64,000 nt of DNA, from assembly GCA_040002895.1 (NCBI GenBank), contig JBDUDP010000003.1:19738-83737 (forward strand), read 5' to 3'. Source of the DNA: Gemmatimonadota bacterium (GTDB lineage: Bacteria > Gemmatimonadota > Gemmatimonadetes > Gemmatimonadales > GWC2-71-9). Made by a program: the position numbers and the translations under genes. The first letter of the stretch is position 1, and each line of letters begins with the position of its first letter. This document shows positions 28,693-39,278 of the stretch, piece by piece. The notes beneath the pieces were generated by a model that worked only from the letters and a program-made list of their open reading frames with translations, was not told where the DNA came from and did no database searches.

Positions 28693-29365
28693 CATGCTGT
28701 CGGTTGAGGCCCTGACCCACACCTATCCCTCGGGCGGTCGACCGCTGACGGTCCTCAAGGATATCACGTTCCAGCTCGAGCCCGGTGGCTTCCTCGCGAT
28801 TGTCGGCCCTTCCGGCAGCGGCAAGACCACCCTGCTCGGCCTCCTGGCCGGACTCGATCGCCCCACCAGCGGTCGCGTGCTGCTCGATGATGTGGATCTC
28901 GGCACGCTGGACGAGGACGCGCGCGCTCGACTGCGTCGCGACAAGGTGGGATTCATCTTCCAGTCCTTCCAGCTGATCCCCACGCTCACGGCCCGCGAGA
29001 ATGTCCAGGTCCCGCTGGAACTCGCCGGCGCGGACGATGCCGTGGCGCGTGCCGATGCCCTGCTTACCCGGGTGGGCCTCGCGGAACGCGCACACCACTA
29101 CCCGGCCCAGCTCTCCGGGGGTGAACAACAACGCGTGGCGGTGGCCCGAGCATTCAGCACCAGCCCCAAGCTGCTCTTCGCCGACGAACCCACCGGAAAC
29201 CTTGACGGCGCAAATGGCGCGACCGTGGTCGAGCTGATGACCGCACTCAACGCCGAGTTCGGCACCACCCTGGTGCTGGTGACCCATGACCTCGAACTCG
29301 CCAAACTCGCCCGACGCACCATTCGCCTCGCCGACGGCGCCATCGTGTCGGATACGCTCGCGTGA
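28693..29365 (+). CDS. ABC transporter ATP-binding protein (YbbA-like)
   Basis: 'GPSGSGKTT', 'LSGGEQQR', 'ADEPTGNLD'. Confidence 0.95.
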
Positions 29366-31992
29366 CCAGCAGCATGTTCGTCCTGCGCATGGCATGGCGT
29401 GAGGCACGCGCGGCGCGCCGTCGACTGGTCCTGCTCACCGCCTCCGTAATGGCAGGCGTCGCGGCCCTGGTGGCGGTGAACTCCTTCACCGACAACCTCA
29501 AGGTCTCGGTCGCCGAACAGGCGCAGGCGCTGCTCGGGGCGGACCTCTCGCTCAGTGGCAAGAAGGCACTCGCCGAGATTCCCTCGGCGGCACGATTTAT
29601 CGATTCCCTCTCGCGAGTGGGTGGTTCCGCCCTTCAGACGGCGCAGTCGACATCGTTTGCGGCCATGGCATTCGCGTCGACGGGCGGTGCACGCCTGGTG
29701 CAGGTGCGCACCGTCGACGCCGGGTGGCCCTGGTATGGCACTATCGAGACTGCACCGGCCGACGCGTGGCCGCGACTGCAGCAGGGCGGCGCCATCGTCG
29801 ACCCGTCGCTGCTCGCCGCCATCGGTGCCGCCATTGGCGACACGCTCGGACTCGGCGATGGACGCTTCGTGATTCTTGGCACGGTGGTCAATGTTCCCGG
29901 CGACGTCGGCCTGCAGATGGCGTTCGGCGCCCGCGTGTTCATCGCCCAGTCGGCGCTGCCGTCCACGAAGCTGCTCGGCTTCGGCGCGCGAGCCGACTAC
30001 ACCACCTATTTCAAGCTGCCTGCGAACATCGATGCCCAGACCACCGCCAGGGCGGTGCGGCCCACCCTGCGCGCCGAGCGCGTCCGCGTGCGCACGGTGG
30101 CCGATGACCGCGACAATCTCACCGATGGATTGACCCGCCTCGGCAACTATCTCGGACTCGTGGCCCTCGCCGCCCTGCTGCTCGGCGGGCTCGGCGTCGC
30201 CAGTGCGGTGCACGTGTTCATCCGCCAGAAACTCGATACCATCGCGATGTTGCGTTGCCTCGGGGCCACGTCGTGGCAGGTATTTGCGATCCACCTGTTG
30301 CAGGCCCTCGCCATGGGCCTCCTTGGCTCGGTGCTGGGCGCCCTGCTCGGCGTCGGACTGCAGCAACTGATGCCCATGGTGCTCCGGGACTTCATTCCCG
30401 TCGACGTGCGGGTGCAGCCCTCGGCACGCGCGATCCTCATCGGTGTCGGGCTTGGCGTCTGGACGTCCGGCGTCTTCTCGCTACTGCCGTTGCTGAACGT
30501 GCGCGCCATCTCGCCGCTCGCCACCCTGCGGCGCGACGTGACGCCAACGCATCGTCGGCGCGACCCCCTGCGACTCCTGGCCGTGGCGCTCCTCGCCGCG
30601 AGCATCGTTGGGTTGGCGGCGGTGCAGGTCGGCTCGTTGAAGCAGGGCGCATGGTTTGCCGCCGCCATCGGCGTGGCGCTGCTGGTGCTCTGGCTCGCCT
30701 CGGTCGGGTTGATCCGCGGGGCGCGTCGCTGGACACCCTCGCGTTGGCCCTATCTCTGGCGCCAGGGGCTCGCGAACTTGCATCGCCCCGCCAATCAGAC
30801 CGTGACCGTGGTCCTCGCCCTCGGTTTCGGCGCGTTTCTGCTCACGACGCTGTTCACCGCGCAGCACAATCTCCTGCGCGAGCTGCGCATCGATGACGTC
30901 GGTGGGGGTCGCCCCAACCTCTTCCTCTTCGACATCCAGAGTGACCAGCGTGCTCTGGTCGATTCCACCGTTCGCAGCATCACCCACACCGCACCCGGTG
31001 CCTTCACGCCGATCGTCCCGATGCGGCTGCTCGAGGTCAAGGGGCGGCCGGTGCGCCTGATTCTGGCGCGTGGCGACACCATGCGCCGGGACAGCAGCAC
31101 GGCCGAAGCCGCGCCGAGTCGCCGCGGCGGATCACCGCGTGGCGAGGGGTCGCTCTGGGCCTTTCGTCGCGAATACCGCTCGACCTACCGCAGCACCATC
31201 GGTACGGCCGAGAAGGTCACCAAGGGATCCTGGTTCGGTTCGGGACCGTGGGGCAGCGGACGAAGCGCCAGCGATCCGGTGCCGATCTCGGTCGAGTCGT
31301 CCCTCGCCGACGAGATCTCCGTCACCGTCGGTGATCCGATCACCTGGGACCTGCAGGGGGTGCCGGTATACAGCAAGGTCACCTCGATTCGCGAGGTGAA
31401 CTGGGCGCGCTTCGAGCCCAACTTCTTCGTCGTCTTTGCGCCCGGTGCCCTCGAGCAGGCTCCGCAGACTTGGGTCACGCTGGCTCGCGTGGCCGACGCC
31501 ACCGCACGTGGTCAGGTGCAGCGCCGCCTCGCCGAGCACGCCGCCAATGTCACCTCGGTTGACCTTGGCGATGTCCAGCGGGCGCTCGAGACCGTGGTCG
31601 ACCGCATCGTCCTTGCCATCCGCTTCATGGCGCTGTTCTCGCTGGTCACGGGCACCATCGTCCTGATCGGTGCCATCGCCACCTCGCGCTGGCAGCGGGT
31701 GCGCGAGGGAACTCTGCTCCGCACGCTCGGCGCGACCCGGCGCCAGGTGCTGCAGATCCTGATGGTCGAGTACGCGGCACTCGGACTGGGAGCCGCGATC
31801 GTGGCCACCGGACTCGCGGCCGCCGCCGGGTGGGCGCTCTCGCGGTTCGTCTTCCAGGCCTCCTTCTCCATGCCGTGGGCCTCGATGGCCCTGCTGGCCA
31901 CCGGCCTCGTGGCCCTGACCACTGCGGTGGGCCTCTGGAACTCACTCGATGTCCTGAAGCGGCCGCCCAACGAAGTCTTGCGCGCCGAATGA
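29362..31992 (+). CDS. ABC transporter permease (YbbP-like, two FtsX domains)
   Basis: 'QALLGADL', 'PNLFLFDIQ', 'PNFFVVF', 'LLRTLGATRRQ'. Confidence 0.9.
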   Translation: MTSSMFVLRMAWREARAARRRLVLLTASVMAGVAALVAVNSFTDNLKVSVAEQAQALLGADLSLSGKKALAEIPSAARFIDSLSRVGGSALQTAQSTSFAAMAFASTGGARLVQVRTVDAGWPWYGTIETAPADAWPRLQQGGAIVDPSLLAAIGAAIGDTLGLGDGRFVILGTVVNVPGDVGLQMAFGARVFIAQSALPSTKLLGFGARADYTTYFKLPANIDAQTTARAVRPTLRAERVRVRTVADDRDNLTDGLTRLGNYLGLVALAALLLGGLGVASAVHVFIRQKLDTIAMLRCLGATSWQVFAIHLLQALAMGLLGSVLGALLGVGLQQLMPMVLRDFIPVDVRVQPSARAILIGVGLGVWTSGVFSLLPLLNVRAISPLATLRRDVTPTHRRRDPLRLLAVALLAASIVGLAAVQVGSLKQGAWFAAAIGVALLVLWLASVGLIRGARRWTPSRWPYLWRQGLANLHRPANQTVTVVLALGFGAFLLTTLFTAQHNLLRELRIDDVGGGRPNLFLFDIQSDQRALVDSTVRSITHTAPGAFTPIVPMRLLEVKGRPVRLILARGDTMRRDSSTAEAAPSRRGGSPRGEGSLWAFRREYRSTYRSTIGTAEKVTKGSWFGSGPWGSGRSASDPVPISVESSLADEISVTVGDPITWDLQGVPVYSKVTSIREVNWARFEPNFFVVFAPGALEQAPQTWVTLARVADATARGQVQRRLAEHAANVTSVDLGDVQRALETVVDRIVLAIRFMALFSLVTGTIVLIGAIATSRWQRVREGTLLRTLGATRRQVLQILMVEYAALGLGAAIVATGLAAAAGWALSRFVFQASFSMPWASMALLATGLVALTTAVGLWNSLDVLKRPPNEVLRAE

Positions 31993-32064
31993 CGGCGCGG
32001 GCTGCTTACTGACCCCGTCGGACTCCCCTATATTTGCAGGACTCACACGGGGAGCACACGGCGA

Positions 32065-32970
32065 ATGCTGGGCATCGATCTGTCGGGAAAGCGTGCGTTC
32101 ATTGCCGGCGTCGCCGACGATGGCGGGTTCGGATTTGCGATCGCCAAGGCTTTGGCGGAGGCCGGCGCCACTGTCTGCGTGGGAACGTGGCCGCCCGCGA
32201 TGGGGATCTTCGAGGCGCTGCTCGAGCGCGGCAAGATGTCCGGCTCGATGACCCTTGCCGACGGACGCAGCATGGCATTCGAGAAGATCTATCCCCTCGA
32301 TGCCGCCTATGATACCCTCGACGATGTCCCCACCGAGATCCGCGAGAACAAGCGCTATCGCGAGCGCGGCGATTTCACCATCGCCGGCATCGTGGCGTCG
32401 CTGACCGCTGATTTCGGCGCGACGCCGCTCGATATCGTGGTGCATTCGCTCGCCAACGGGCCCGAGGTCAAGAAGCCGCTGCTCGACACCTCCCGTCGCG
32501 GTTACCTCGATGCCGTGAGTGTCTCCGCCTACAGCAACGTCGCGCTCATCCGTGAACTCTCCCCTCTCATGCGCCCCGGTGGTTCGTTCCTCTCGCTCAC
32601 CTACATGGCGGGCGAGCGCGTGATCCCGGGCTACGGTGGCGGCATGTCCACCGCCAAGGCCGCGCTCGAGTCGGACACGCGCACCTTGGCCTATGAGGCG
32701 GGACGACGGCACGGCGTGCGGGTGAACACGATTTCCGCCGGACCGTATGCCTCGCGCGCGGCATCAGCCATCGGCTTCATCGACACCATGATCCGCTACT
32801 GCAAGACCAACGCGCCGCTCACGCGCGATTTCGAGGCCAGCGATGTCGGGCACACCGCCGCCTTCCTCGCCTCTCCCCTGGCCGCGGGAATCACCGGCAC
32901 CACTGTCTACGTCGACAACGGCTACCATGCCATGGGCATGGCGGTCGCGCCTCCGGAGCCCGCCTCGTGA
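32065..32970 (+). CDS. fabI: Enoyl-ACP reductase (long chlamydial/plastid-like form)
   Basis: 'GVADDGGFGFAIAK', 'HSLANGPEV', 'YGGGMSTAKAALESD', 'RVNTISAGP'. Confidence 0.92.
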   Translation: MLGIDLSGKRAFIAGVADDGGFGFAIAKALAEAGATVCVGTWPPAMGIFEALLERGKMSGSMTLADGRSMAFEKIYPLDAAYDTLDDVPTEIRENKRYRERGDFTIAGIVASLTADFGATPLDIVVHSLANGPEVKKPLLDTSRRGYLDAVSVSAYSNVALIRELSPLMRPGGSFLSLTYMAGERVIPGYGGGMSTAKAALESDTRTLAYEAGRRHGVRVNTISAGPYASRAASAIGFIDTMIRYCKTNAPLTRDFEASDVGHTAAFLASPLAAGITGTTVYVDNGYHAMGMAVAPPEPAS

Positions 32971-33341
32971 CCTCGCGCATTGCCCTCATGCTCGGCACCC
33001 TTTCGGCCGCGCTCGCGGTGACACTCGGAGCGTTCGGGGCGCATGCACTGCGCGCCCGGCTCGAACCGAGGGATCTCGAGACCTTCGAGACTGCCGTCCG
33101 CTACCAGATGTACCACGCCTTTGCCCTGATCGTGGCGGGTTGGTTGATGGCCCGGGGCGCAACCGGGGCAAGCACCGCCGCCTGGGCGTTCGCCGTCGGC
33201 ACACTGCTCTTCAGCGGCTCGCTCTACCTGCTCGTCGCCACCAACCAGCGCATGCTCGGCGCCATCACACCGCTCGGCGGGGTGGCCTTCATCGCCGGGT
33301 GGTTGTTGCTTGCCGCGGCGGCGTGGCGCCTGGAGCAGTGA
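32967..33341 (+). CDS. DUF423 membrane protein
   Basis: 'GAFGAH', 'YQMYHA', 'FSGSLY', 'ITPLGG'. Confidence 0.9.
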   Translation: MTSRIALMLGTLSAALAVTLGAFGAHALRARLEPRDLETFETAVRYQMYHAFALIVAGWLMARGATGASTAAWAFAVGTLLFSGSLYLLVATNQRMLGAITPLGGVAFIAGWLLLAAAAWRLEQ

Positions 33342-33931
33342 GCGAATATCCGCTCCTGCTGGCGACACTCGATCAATGGTTTGGTGAGGGATTGGAGCGG
33401 GCGGGCGCGGGGGTGGTACCCTGTACCACCGGTTGTACCGCCTGTTGTCACGGCCCCTTCGACATCTCTCCAGCGGACGCGGCGCAGGTGGCCGCCGGCC
33501 TGCGCGCACTCGCGCCAGATGTTCGCGCGGCGCTGATCCATGATGCCCGCGAACAAGTTGCCCGGTATGCCGAACTCGCTCCAGAGTGGGAGCGTCCCTG
33601 GAACGTCGCGGCGTTGGACGAAGAGCAGTTCGACCGACTCGCTGAGGCGCTCGCCGACCTCCCCTGCCCCGCGCTCGACCAAGCCGGCGCCTGTCGGATC
33701 TATGCCCATCGGCCCGCCACCTGCCGCCTCATGGGTTTGGCGTTGGTGACACCCGAGGGCGAGGTGCTCGAGAACGCCTGCCCCATTCAGTCCGACTTCC
33801 CCGAATACGAGTCACTCGCCCCAACGCCATTCGACCTCCTGCGCTTCGAACTGGAAGCAGAGGAGGTCGATGCTCAAGTGACGGCCGCCGGGTGGTGCAT
33901 CACCACCGTGGCGGGTGCCGCACTGCGCTGA
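33338..33931 (+). CDS. YkgJ-family (CxxCxxCC) cysteine-cluster protein
   Basis: 'CTTGCTACC', 'CPAL', 'CRIYAHRPATCR'; GTG overlaps the DUF423 stop. Confidence 0.85.
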   Translation: MSEYPLLLATLDQWFGEGLERAGAGVVPCTTGCTACCHGPFDISPADAAQVAAGLRALAPDVRAALIHDAREQVARYAELAPEWERPWNVAALDEEQFDRLAEALADLPCPALDQAGACRIYAHRPATCRLMGLALVTPEGEVLENACPIQSDFPEYESLAPTPFDLLRFELEAEEVDAQVTAAGWCITTVAGAALR

Positions 33932-34783
33932 CTAGCGCGCCGGCTTCCGACGACGCTTCGCGGCGGCCATCCCGAGCAATCCGGTGGCGAGCAGTGTCAT
34001 CGTTGCCGGTTCCGGTGTGACGTTGTTCTGCGTGCCGAGCTCCCCGCCAGGACCATCATCCTCACCGCATGCCCAGGTCACCCCACCGATCGTGGTGGAG
34101 CCGATGGTGGACTGGTCTGAGTAGCAGAGGTAGCCCGTGGACCAACCATTGGGGCCCGCCTGCTGGTGGAGCTGCAGGTTGATGAGCGAGGCATCGAGGG
34201 TGGTCAACGCCGACCCGACGTACCAATCGAAGGAGGCGTAGCCGCCGCCGGAAATCGAGGTCCACGGCGTAATGATCGAGCCGGGACAGCTCACCTGCAG
34301 CGCGCTGCAAAACGAGGCGCCCTGACCGTTGGTCCGGAAGCCGTCGCCGGTATTGGGACCCGGAATGTCGGCCTCGGGCGCCCAGTTGATCTGGTTGCCG
34401 CCGAAGAGCGCGTCCCAGCCGGTGCCACTGCCGACACCCCGCGTGCCGGTCGCAAGCGGAATCCCACCCAGCGCGATGGCGTTGGTGGTCGAATTGGCAT
34501 AGCTGCCATCAACCCCCGCTCGGTTCCAATAGCGCAGCTGCAGCCAGCCGTTGTCGAACAGGAACAACGAGGCCGAGCTACAGGTCGAGAAGAACGACCC
34601 GCCCGAGCCGGACGTCGAACAGACATCCGTCCAGGTCAGGTTCGACACCACGCCTGCACTCAGGTTGAATCCCGGCGTCGACGGCGGGGCCGACGGCGTG
34701 ACTTTCTTGGGCTTGGCCCACGCCGCCGTCGGGGCAGCGAAAACCAGCGAAAGGACGATTAGCGAACGAACAGTGCTGCGCAT
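33932..34783 (-). CDS. PEP-CTERM sorting-domain surface protein
   Basis: Signal peptide, Ser/Thr/Gly-rich body, 'VTPEPATMTLLATGLLGMAAAKRRRK'. Confidence 0.9.
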   Translation of the reverse strand: MRSTVRSLIVLSLVFAAPTAAWAKPKKVTPSAPPSTPGFNLSAGVVSNLTWTDVCSTSGSGGSFFSTCSSASLFLFDNGWLQLRYWNRAGVDGSYANSTTNAIALGGIPLATGTRGVGSGTGWDALFGGNQINWAPEADIPGPNTGDGFRTNGQGASFCSALQVSCPGSIITPWTSISGGGYASFDWYVGSALTTLDASLINLQLHQQAGPNGWSTGYLCYSDQSTIGSTTIGGVTWACGEDDGPGGELGTQNNVTPEPATMTLLATGLLGMAAAKRRRKPAR

Positions 34784-35013
34784 CGAGTGACTCCGGACGC
34801 CTGAGGTCGGTCGGACTGCTTCTGCTCCTCCCAGAAGCAACAAGCAGGCCGTAAACCGGCTTCCGGATTTGAGCCCACAAGTCGTTTGCTCACAAGCACT
34901 TGCTTGGCTTTGCCACAACGATCACAGATTGTTGAAATGGGTCGACCCGGGGACCGCTGGGCGATCTCCACGCCGTTCGTGGTGCCCGCGCCACAGCTGT
35001 GGCGTCCTATCCC

Positions 35014-35050
35014 AAGAGAAAAGGGCCCCATCCCGGGGCCCCTCTCTCTT
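35014..35050 (-). terminator. Probable terminator of the oxidase operon
   Basis: gggcccc-atccc-ggggccc hairpin followed on the minus strand by TTTTCTCTT. Confidence 0.6.
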
Positions 35051-35099
35051 CTCTCTTCTCTCTTCTCTCTTCTCTCTTCTCTCTTCTCTCTTCTCTCTG
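35044..35099. repeat. (CTCTCTT)7 plus one variant copy
   Basis: Direct reading of the tandem array. Confidence 0.9.
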
Positions 35100-35108
35100 C
35101 CCCTCAGC

Positions 35109-35480
35109 TCACCACTTGCCGGTGAACCACCACAGCGTCCGGTTGTAGGTGAAGAGCGCCACCAGCGCGAGGATCACCACGGCGGCAATCAGCAGCGAGA
35201 AACCGAAGACCCAGGAGAGCGCCTTCATATCAAACTTCAGGTGCATGTAGAACATCGCGACCAGCCAGAACTTGAAGGCCGAGAGGATCAACAGCAGCTC
35301 GACGAAGTAGGGCCCGAGAGACGACGCGAGCCCCGGGAACGACGCCTTCAGGTGCCCGAAGCACGCCTCATACAGGAGCACCTCGAGCGCCGTGAGCACG
35401 AACAGCACGACGGCGATCTGGATGTACTTGTTCGACGTCGCGTGGGCGTGTTCATCGTGGGTGGCGGCATGAGAGGCCAT
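35109..35480 (-). CDS. Cytochrome c oxidase subunit IV family protein
   Basis: 'VLTALEV', 'KFWLVAMFYMHLKFD'. Confidence 0.85.
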   Translation of the reverse strand: MASHAATHDEHAHATSNKYIQIAVVLFVLTALEVLLYEACFGHLKASFPGLASSLGPYFVELLLILSAFKFWLVAMFYMHLKFDMKALSWVFGFSLLIAAVVILALVALFTYNRTLWWFTGKW

Positions 35481-35483
35481 CGG

Positions 35484-36104
35484 TCAGCTCCCCAGGGACA
35501 TCAGGTAGACGACGGGGAAGATGATGATCCAGACCACGTCGACGAAGTGCCAGTACAGGGCGGCCAGCTCGAGGTTCAGCGCCTTCTCCTTGGGCAGGTT
35601 CCCCTTCCACGCGTCCTTGAGCACGGTGGCCAGCCAGAGCGTCCCGATGGCGACGTGGGTGCCGTGGAAGCCCGTGAGCGTGTAGAAGCTCGACGAGAAG
35701 AGGTTGGTGGTGTAGCCCAGCCCTTCGTGGTAGAAGTGCTGGAACTCGTACACCTGCATGGCAACGAAGGAGAGTCCCGACAGCACCGTGAGGGAGAGCC
35801 AGATCAGCAACTTCTTCCGGTTCCCCTCCTGGGCCCCGTTCAGCGCCATGACGACGAAGAACGAGGAGAAGAGCAGGATCGCGGTGCCGCCGGTGACCAG
35901 GCCGACCGAGAAGATGTCCTTCGGACCCGGGCCCTTGAGGCTCTGGCCGCGATAGACCAGGAAGGTCGAGATCAGCGCCGCGAAGAAGAGGCACTCGGAT
36001 CCGATGAAGGTCCAGATCGCCAGCTTGCGGTTGTCGATCGGCATCGAAGTGTGATGCGCCTCGCCACCGGCGACGTCGTGGGTGTCCAGTACGGCGGTCG
36101 TCAT
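35484..36104 (-). CDS. ctaE: Cytochrome c oxidase subunit III
   Basis: 'WTFIGSE', 'TGFHGTHV', 'LYWHFVDVVW'. Confidence 0.92.
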   Translation of the reverse strand: MTTAVLDTHDVAGGEAHHTSMPIDNRKLAIWTFIGSECLFFAALISTFLVYRGQSLKGPGPKDIFSVGLVTGGTAILLFSSFFVVMALNGAQEGNRKKLLIWLSLTVLSGLSFVAMQVYEFQHFYHEGLGYTTNLFSSSFYTLTGFHGTHVAIGTLWLATVLKDAWKGNLPKEKALNLELAALYWHFVDVVWIIIFPVVYLMSLGS

Positions 36105-36117
36105 CGTGGCCGCTGCC

Positions 36118-37977
36118 TCAGTGTTGTGGGGCGTGGGCATCAGGTGCCTCATACGCCCACTTGAAGATGCCGACAATCGTGATCGCGAGACCGAAAATGG
36201 TCACCGGGCGGAACGGGAAAGACCAGGGATCCTTCATCATGAAGCCGATGAAGAAAATCAGGATCCCGAACGCGACCACCAGCGGCCACCAGGAGGGACC
36301 CGGCATGTGGATCCCCTTGCCACTCACCACTTGCGGCTCGGGCAGCCGGGAAACCCCGGCGGCGCGCTTGGTATCCCAGAGCGGATCCTTGCCGTGCACG
36401 GTGATCAACGCCGGGAAGTTGAACTCCTGCGGCGGTGACGGGATCGCCCACTCCAGCGTGGCGCCACCCCACGGATCGGCCGGGGCCGGCTCGGTGCTCC
36501 GCGACGACTTGATCACGTTCCAGATGAACACCAGAAACGAGCTGCCCAGCAGGAAGGCACCCGCCGTCGCCATCTCGTTGTAGATCTCGAAACCGAGACC
36601 GGCCGGATAGGTGTAGATGCGGCGCGGCATCCCGAGCAGTCCGGCGAAGTGCATCGGGAAGAAGGTCAGGTTGAAGCCGATCAGCATCATCCAGAAATGC
36701 ACCTTGCCGAGCCCTTCATCCAGCATCCGCCCGAACATCTTGGGCCACCAGTAGTAGGCGCCGGCGACCAGGGCGAAGATCGACCCACCGAACATGACGT
36801 AGTGGAAGTGCGCCACGACGAAGTAGGAGTCGGTCTGCTGCAGGTCGGCCGGTGCCACGGCGTGCATCACGCCCGAGAGCCCGCCGATGATGAACATCGC
36901 GATGAATCCGACGGAGAAGTAGAGCGGCGTCTTGAACTGGATCGACCCGCCCCAGAGCGTGCCGATCCAGTTGAAGATCTTCACCCCGGTGGGGATCGCA
37001 ATCAGCATCGTGGCAAGCGAGAAGAACGAATCGGCGAGTGGTCCCATGCCGGTCGCGAACATGTGGTGCGACCAGACGCCGAAGCCGAGGAAGGCGATGA
37101 GCATGGTCGAGAACACCATCGCGCTGTAGCCGAACAGCGGTTTCCGCGCGAATACCGGCAGGATCTCCGAGATGATGCCGAAGGCCGGCAGGATCAGGAT
37201 GTACACCTCCGGGTGCCCGAAGACCCAGAAGAGGTGCTGCCAGAGCATCGGGTCACCGCCGCCCGCCCAGGAGAAAAAGCTCGAGCCGAAGGTGCGGTCG
37301 GCCATCAGCATGATCAGCGCGACCGTGATGACCGGGAAGGAGAGCAGCACCAGGACCTGGGTGACCAGCGTGGTCCACACGAACACCGGCATGCGCATCA
37401 GGGTCATCCCCGGTGTCCGCATGTTCATGATCGTGGTGAAGAAGTTCACCCCGGCCGCCAGCGAGGCGATGCCGAGGATCTGCAGGCCGATGACCCAGAA
37501 ATCCATGTTCAACCCGCCGGCAAACTGCCGACTGGAGAGCGGGGCATAGCCGAACCAGCCGCCATTGGGCGCCGCCCCGAGCAGGAACGAGGCGTTGAGG
37601 AAGAGCCCGCCCAGCAGGAACACCCAGAACGACATCGCATTCAGTCGCGGGAAGGCGACGTCACGCGCACCGATCAGCAGCGGCACGAAGAAGTTGAAGA
37701 ACATCGCGCTCAAGGGCATGATCGCTAGGAAGATCATCGTCGTGCCGTGCATCGTGAACAGCGAGTTGTACATCTCCGGCGACACCAGCGTGTTGTCGGG
37801 CTTCATCAGCTGGGTGCGGATGATCAGCGCCTCGAGGCCACCGATCAGGAAGAAGATGAACGCCGACGCCCCGTAGAGGATGCCGATTTTCTTGTGGTCG
37901 ACCGTCGTGAGCCATTCCACGATCACGTGGCGCTTGCCCGCGTAGGAATGGGTCGGATCGAGTACCGTAGTTGCCAT
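36118..37977 (-). CDS. ctaD: Cytochrome c oxidase subunit I (A1 type)
   Basis: 'TMHGTTMIF', 'GHPEVY', 'WSHHMF', 'VAHFHY'. Confidence 0.97.
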   Translation of the reverse strand: MATTVLDPTHSYAGKRHVIVEWLTTVDHKKIGILYGASAFIFFLIGGLEALIIRTQLMKPDNTLVSPEMYNSLFTMHGTTMIFLAIMPLSAMFFNFFVPLLIGARDVAFPRLNAMSFWVFLLGGLFLNASFLLGAAPNGGWFGYAPLSSRQFAGGLNMDFWVIGLQILGIASLAAGVNFFTTIMNMRTPGMTLMRMPVFVWTTLVTQVLVLLSFPVITVALIMLMADRTFGSSFFSWAGGGDPMLWQHLFWVFGHPEVYILILPAFGIISEILPVFARKPLFGYSAMVFSTMLIAFLGFGVWSHHMFATGMGPLADSFFSLATMLIAIPTGVKIFNWIGTLWGGSIQFKTPLYFSVGFIAMFIIGGLSGVMHAVAPADLQQTDSYFVVAHFHYVMFGGSIFALVAGAYYWWPKMFGRMLDEGLGKVHFWMMLIGFNLTFFPMHFAGLLGMPRRIYTYPAGLGFEIYNEMATAGAFLLGSSFLVFIWNVIKSSRSTEPAPADPWGGATLEWAIPSPPQEFNFPALITVHGKDPLWDTKRAAGVSRLPEPQVVSGKGIHMPGPSWWPLVVAFGILIFFIGFMMKDPWSFPFRPVTIFGLAITIVGIFKWAYEAPDAHAPQH

Positions 37978-38000
37978 GTCGTTCGTTCTCCTCGTCCCGG

Positions 38001-39164
38001 TCAGCGCTTGGTGCGGAGATAGGCCACCAGCGCGTTGACCTCGATATCAGTCAACGGCGGGATCACCATCCCGACGCCCTTCTTGACGGCCTGCGGATCG
38101 TGCAGCCAGCGCTTGAGATTTTCGTCGGTGTTCGGCAACCAGCCGGCCGCGATGTGGCTCCGGCTCCCGATCCCGCTGAGATTGGGACCGACCATCCCCT
38201 TCATGGGCGACATCGCGCTCGCCGTGTGGCAGCCGATGCAGCCCTTGGTCTGGAACAACGCCATCCCTTCTGCGACTTGTTCGGCCAGCGCTGGATCCAT
38301 CGCGGCCGGCATCGCCGCCACCGCCACCGCCGCAGGAGCCGGGACCGGAGCGACACCCTTCGCCGCACTGGTATCGGCCTTCGGGGCGGGCTTCGGCAGT
38401 CCTGTCGCCGCCAACATGGTGTCGGCCAACCGGTTCGCAGTCCAGGTCGCAAACTGCTCCGGCGTGTCGGCCATCACGTAGAAGTCCATTCGGCCATGCT
38501 GCAGTCCGCAGAACTCGGCGCAGGCACCCGGGTAGGCCCCCGCCACCTTGGCGGTGAACCAGAGCCGCGTCTCGCGATTCGGGAAGATGTCGCGCTTGCC
38601 CGCGAACTGCGGGATCCAGAAGGAGTGGATCACGTCAAAGGACTTCATCCGCAGGTCAATCGTCCGACCCACCGGCACATGCAGTTCATTGGCCGTCGTA
38701 ATCCCCAGCTCGGGGTAGCGGAACTCCCACCACCACTGGTGACCGATCACTTCGACCTTCATCGGGGTCTTTCCGTCAGCCGACGTGGTGGGCACCTTCG
38801 CCGTGGCAAAGATCGTCTGCACCGTCGGGACCGCCACGATCGCGAGGACCACCGCCGGCACCACCGTCCAGATGATCTCGACCAGCGTGTTGCCGTGCCC
38901 CTGCTCCGGCTCGGCGTCGGTGGGCTTGCCCCGGAACTTGAAGATTGTCCACAGCAGGGCACCCTCGACGACCACGAAGACGATCGTCGCGAGCCATACC
39001 GTCTTCATGAAGAGGGAATCCACCAGCTCGGCGTAGTCACCCTTGGGTGCCAAGGTCGACTGCGGATGGTTGCCGCTGGTGCAGCTGGCCAGAAACACCA
39101 GCGCCAGGACGGCGGGCAGGACGAGCGGAAGCTGTCGCCACCGCGGCACACGCAGGAGTCGCAT
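38001..39164 (-). CDS. ctaC: Cytochrome c oxidase subunit II with fused cytochrome c (caa3 type)
   Basis: Lipobox FLASC, 'HQWWW', 'DVIHSF', CuA 'CAEFCGLQHGRM', heme c 'CIGCH'. Confidence 0.95.
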   Translation of the reverse strand: MRLLRVPRWRQLPLVLPAVLALVFLASCTSGNHPQSTLAPKGDYAELVDSLFMKTVWLATIVFVVVEGALLWTIFKFRGKPTDAEPEQGHGNTLVEIIWTVVPAVVLAIVAVPTVQTIFATAKVPTTSADGKTPMKVEVIGHQWWWEFRYPELGITTANELHVPVGRTIDLRMKSFDVIHSFWIPQFAGKRDIFPNRETRLWFTAKVAGAYPGACAEFCGLQHGRMDFYVMADTPEQFATWTANRLADTMLAATGLPKPAPKADTSAAKGVAPVPAPAAVAVAAMPAAMDPALAEQVAEGMALFQTKGCIGCHTASAMSPMKGMVGPNLSGIGSRSHIAAGWLPNTDENLKRWLHDPQAVKKGVGMVIPPLTDIEVNALVAYLRTKR

Positions 39165-39278
39165 CAACAGAGGTTCCCCGCTTCGGGTCACGTCGATTGT
39201 GAAGAGTTTCACAAGAAGATTTTTCGCGTGTTGAGAATACTCCGCGGAGGGGGTCGCGGTCAAGCTAAATCCCTCGAA

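Noticed and set aside
34895..34920. Possible sigma54 promoter for the PEP-CTERM gene (TGGCA...GC)
   Set aside because: GG-to-GC spacing is one base short of the strict -24/-12 requirement.
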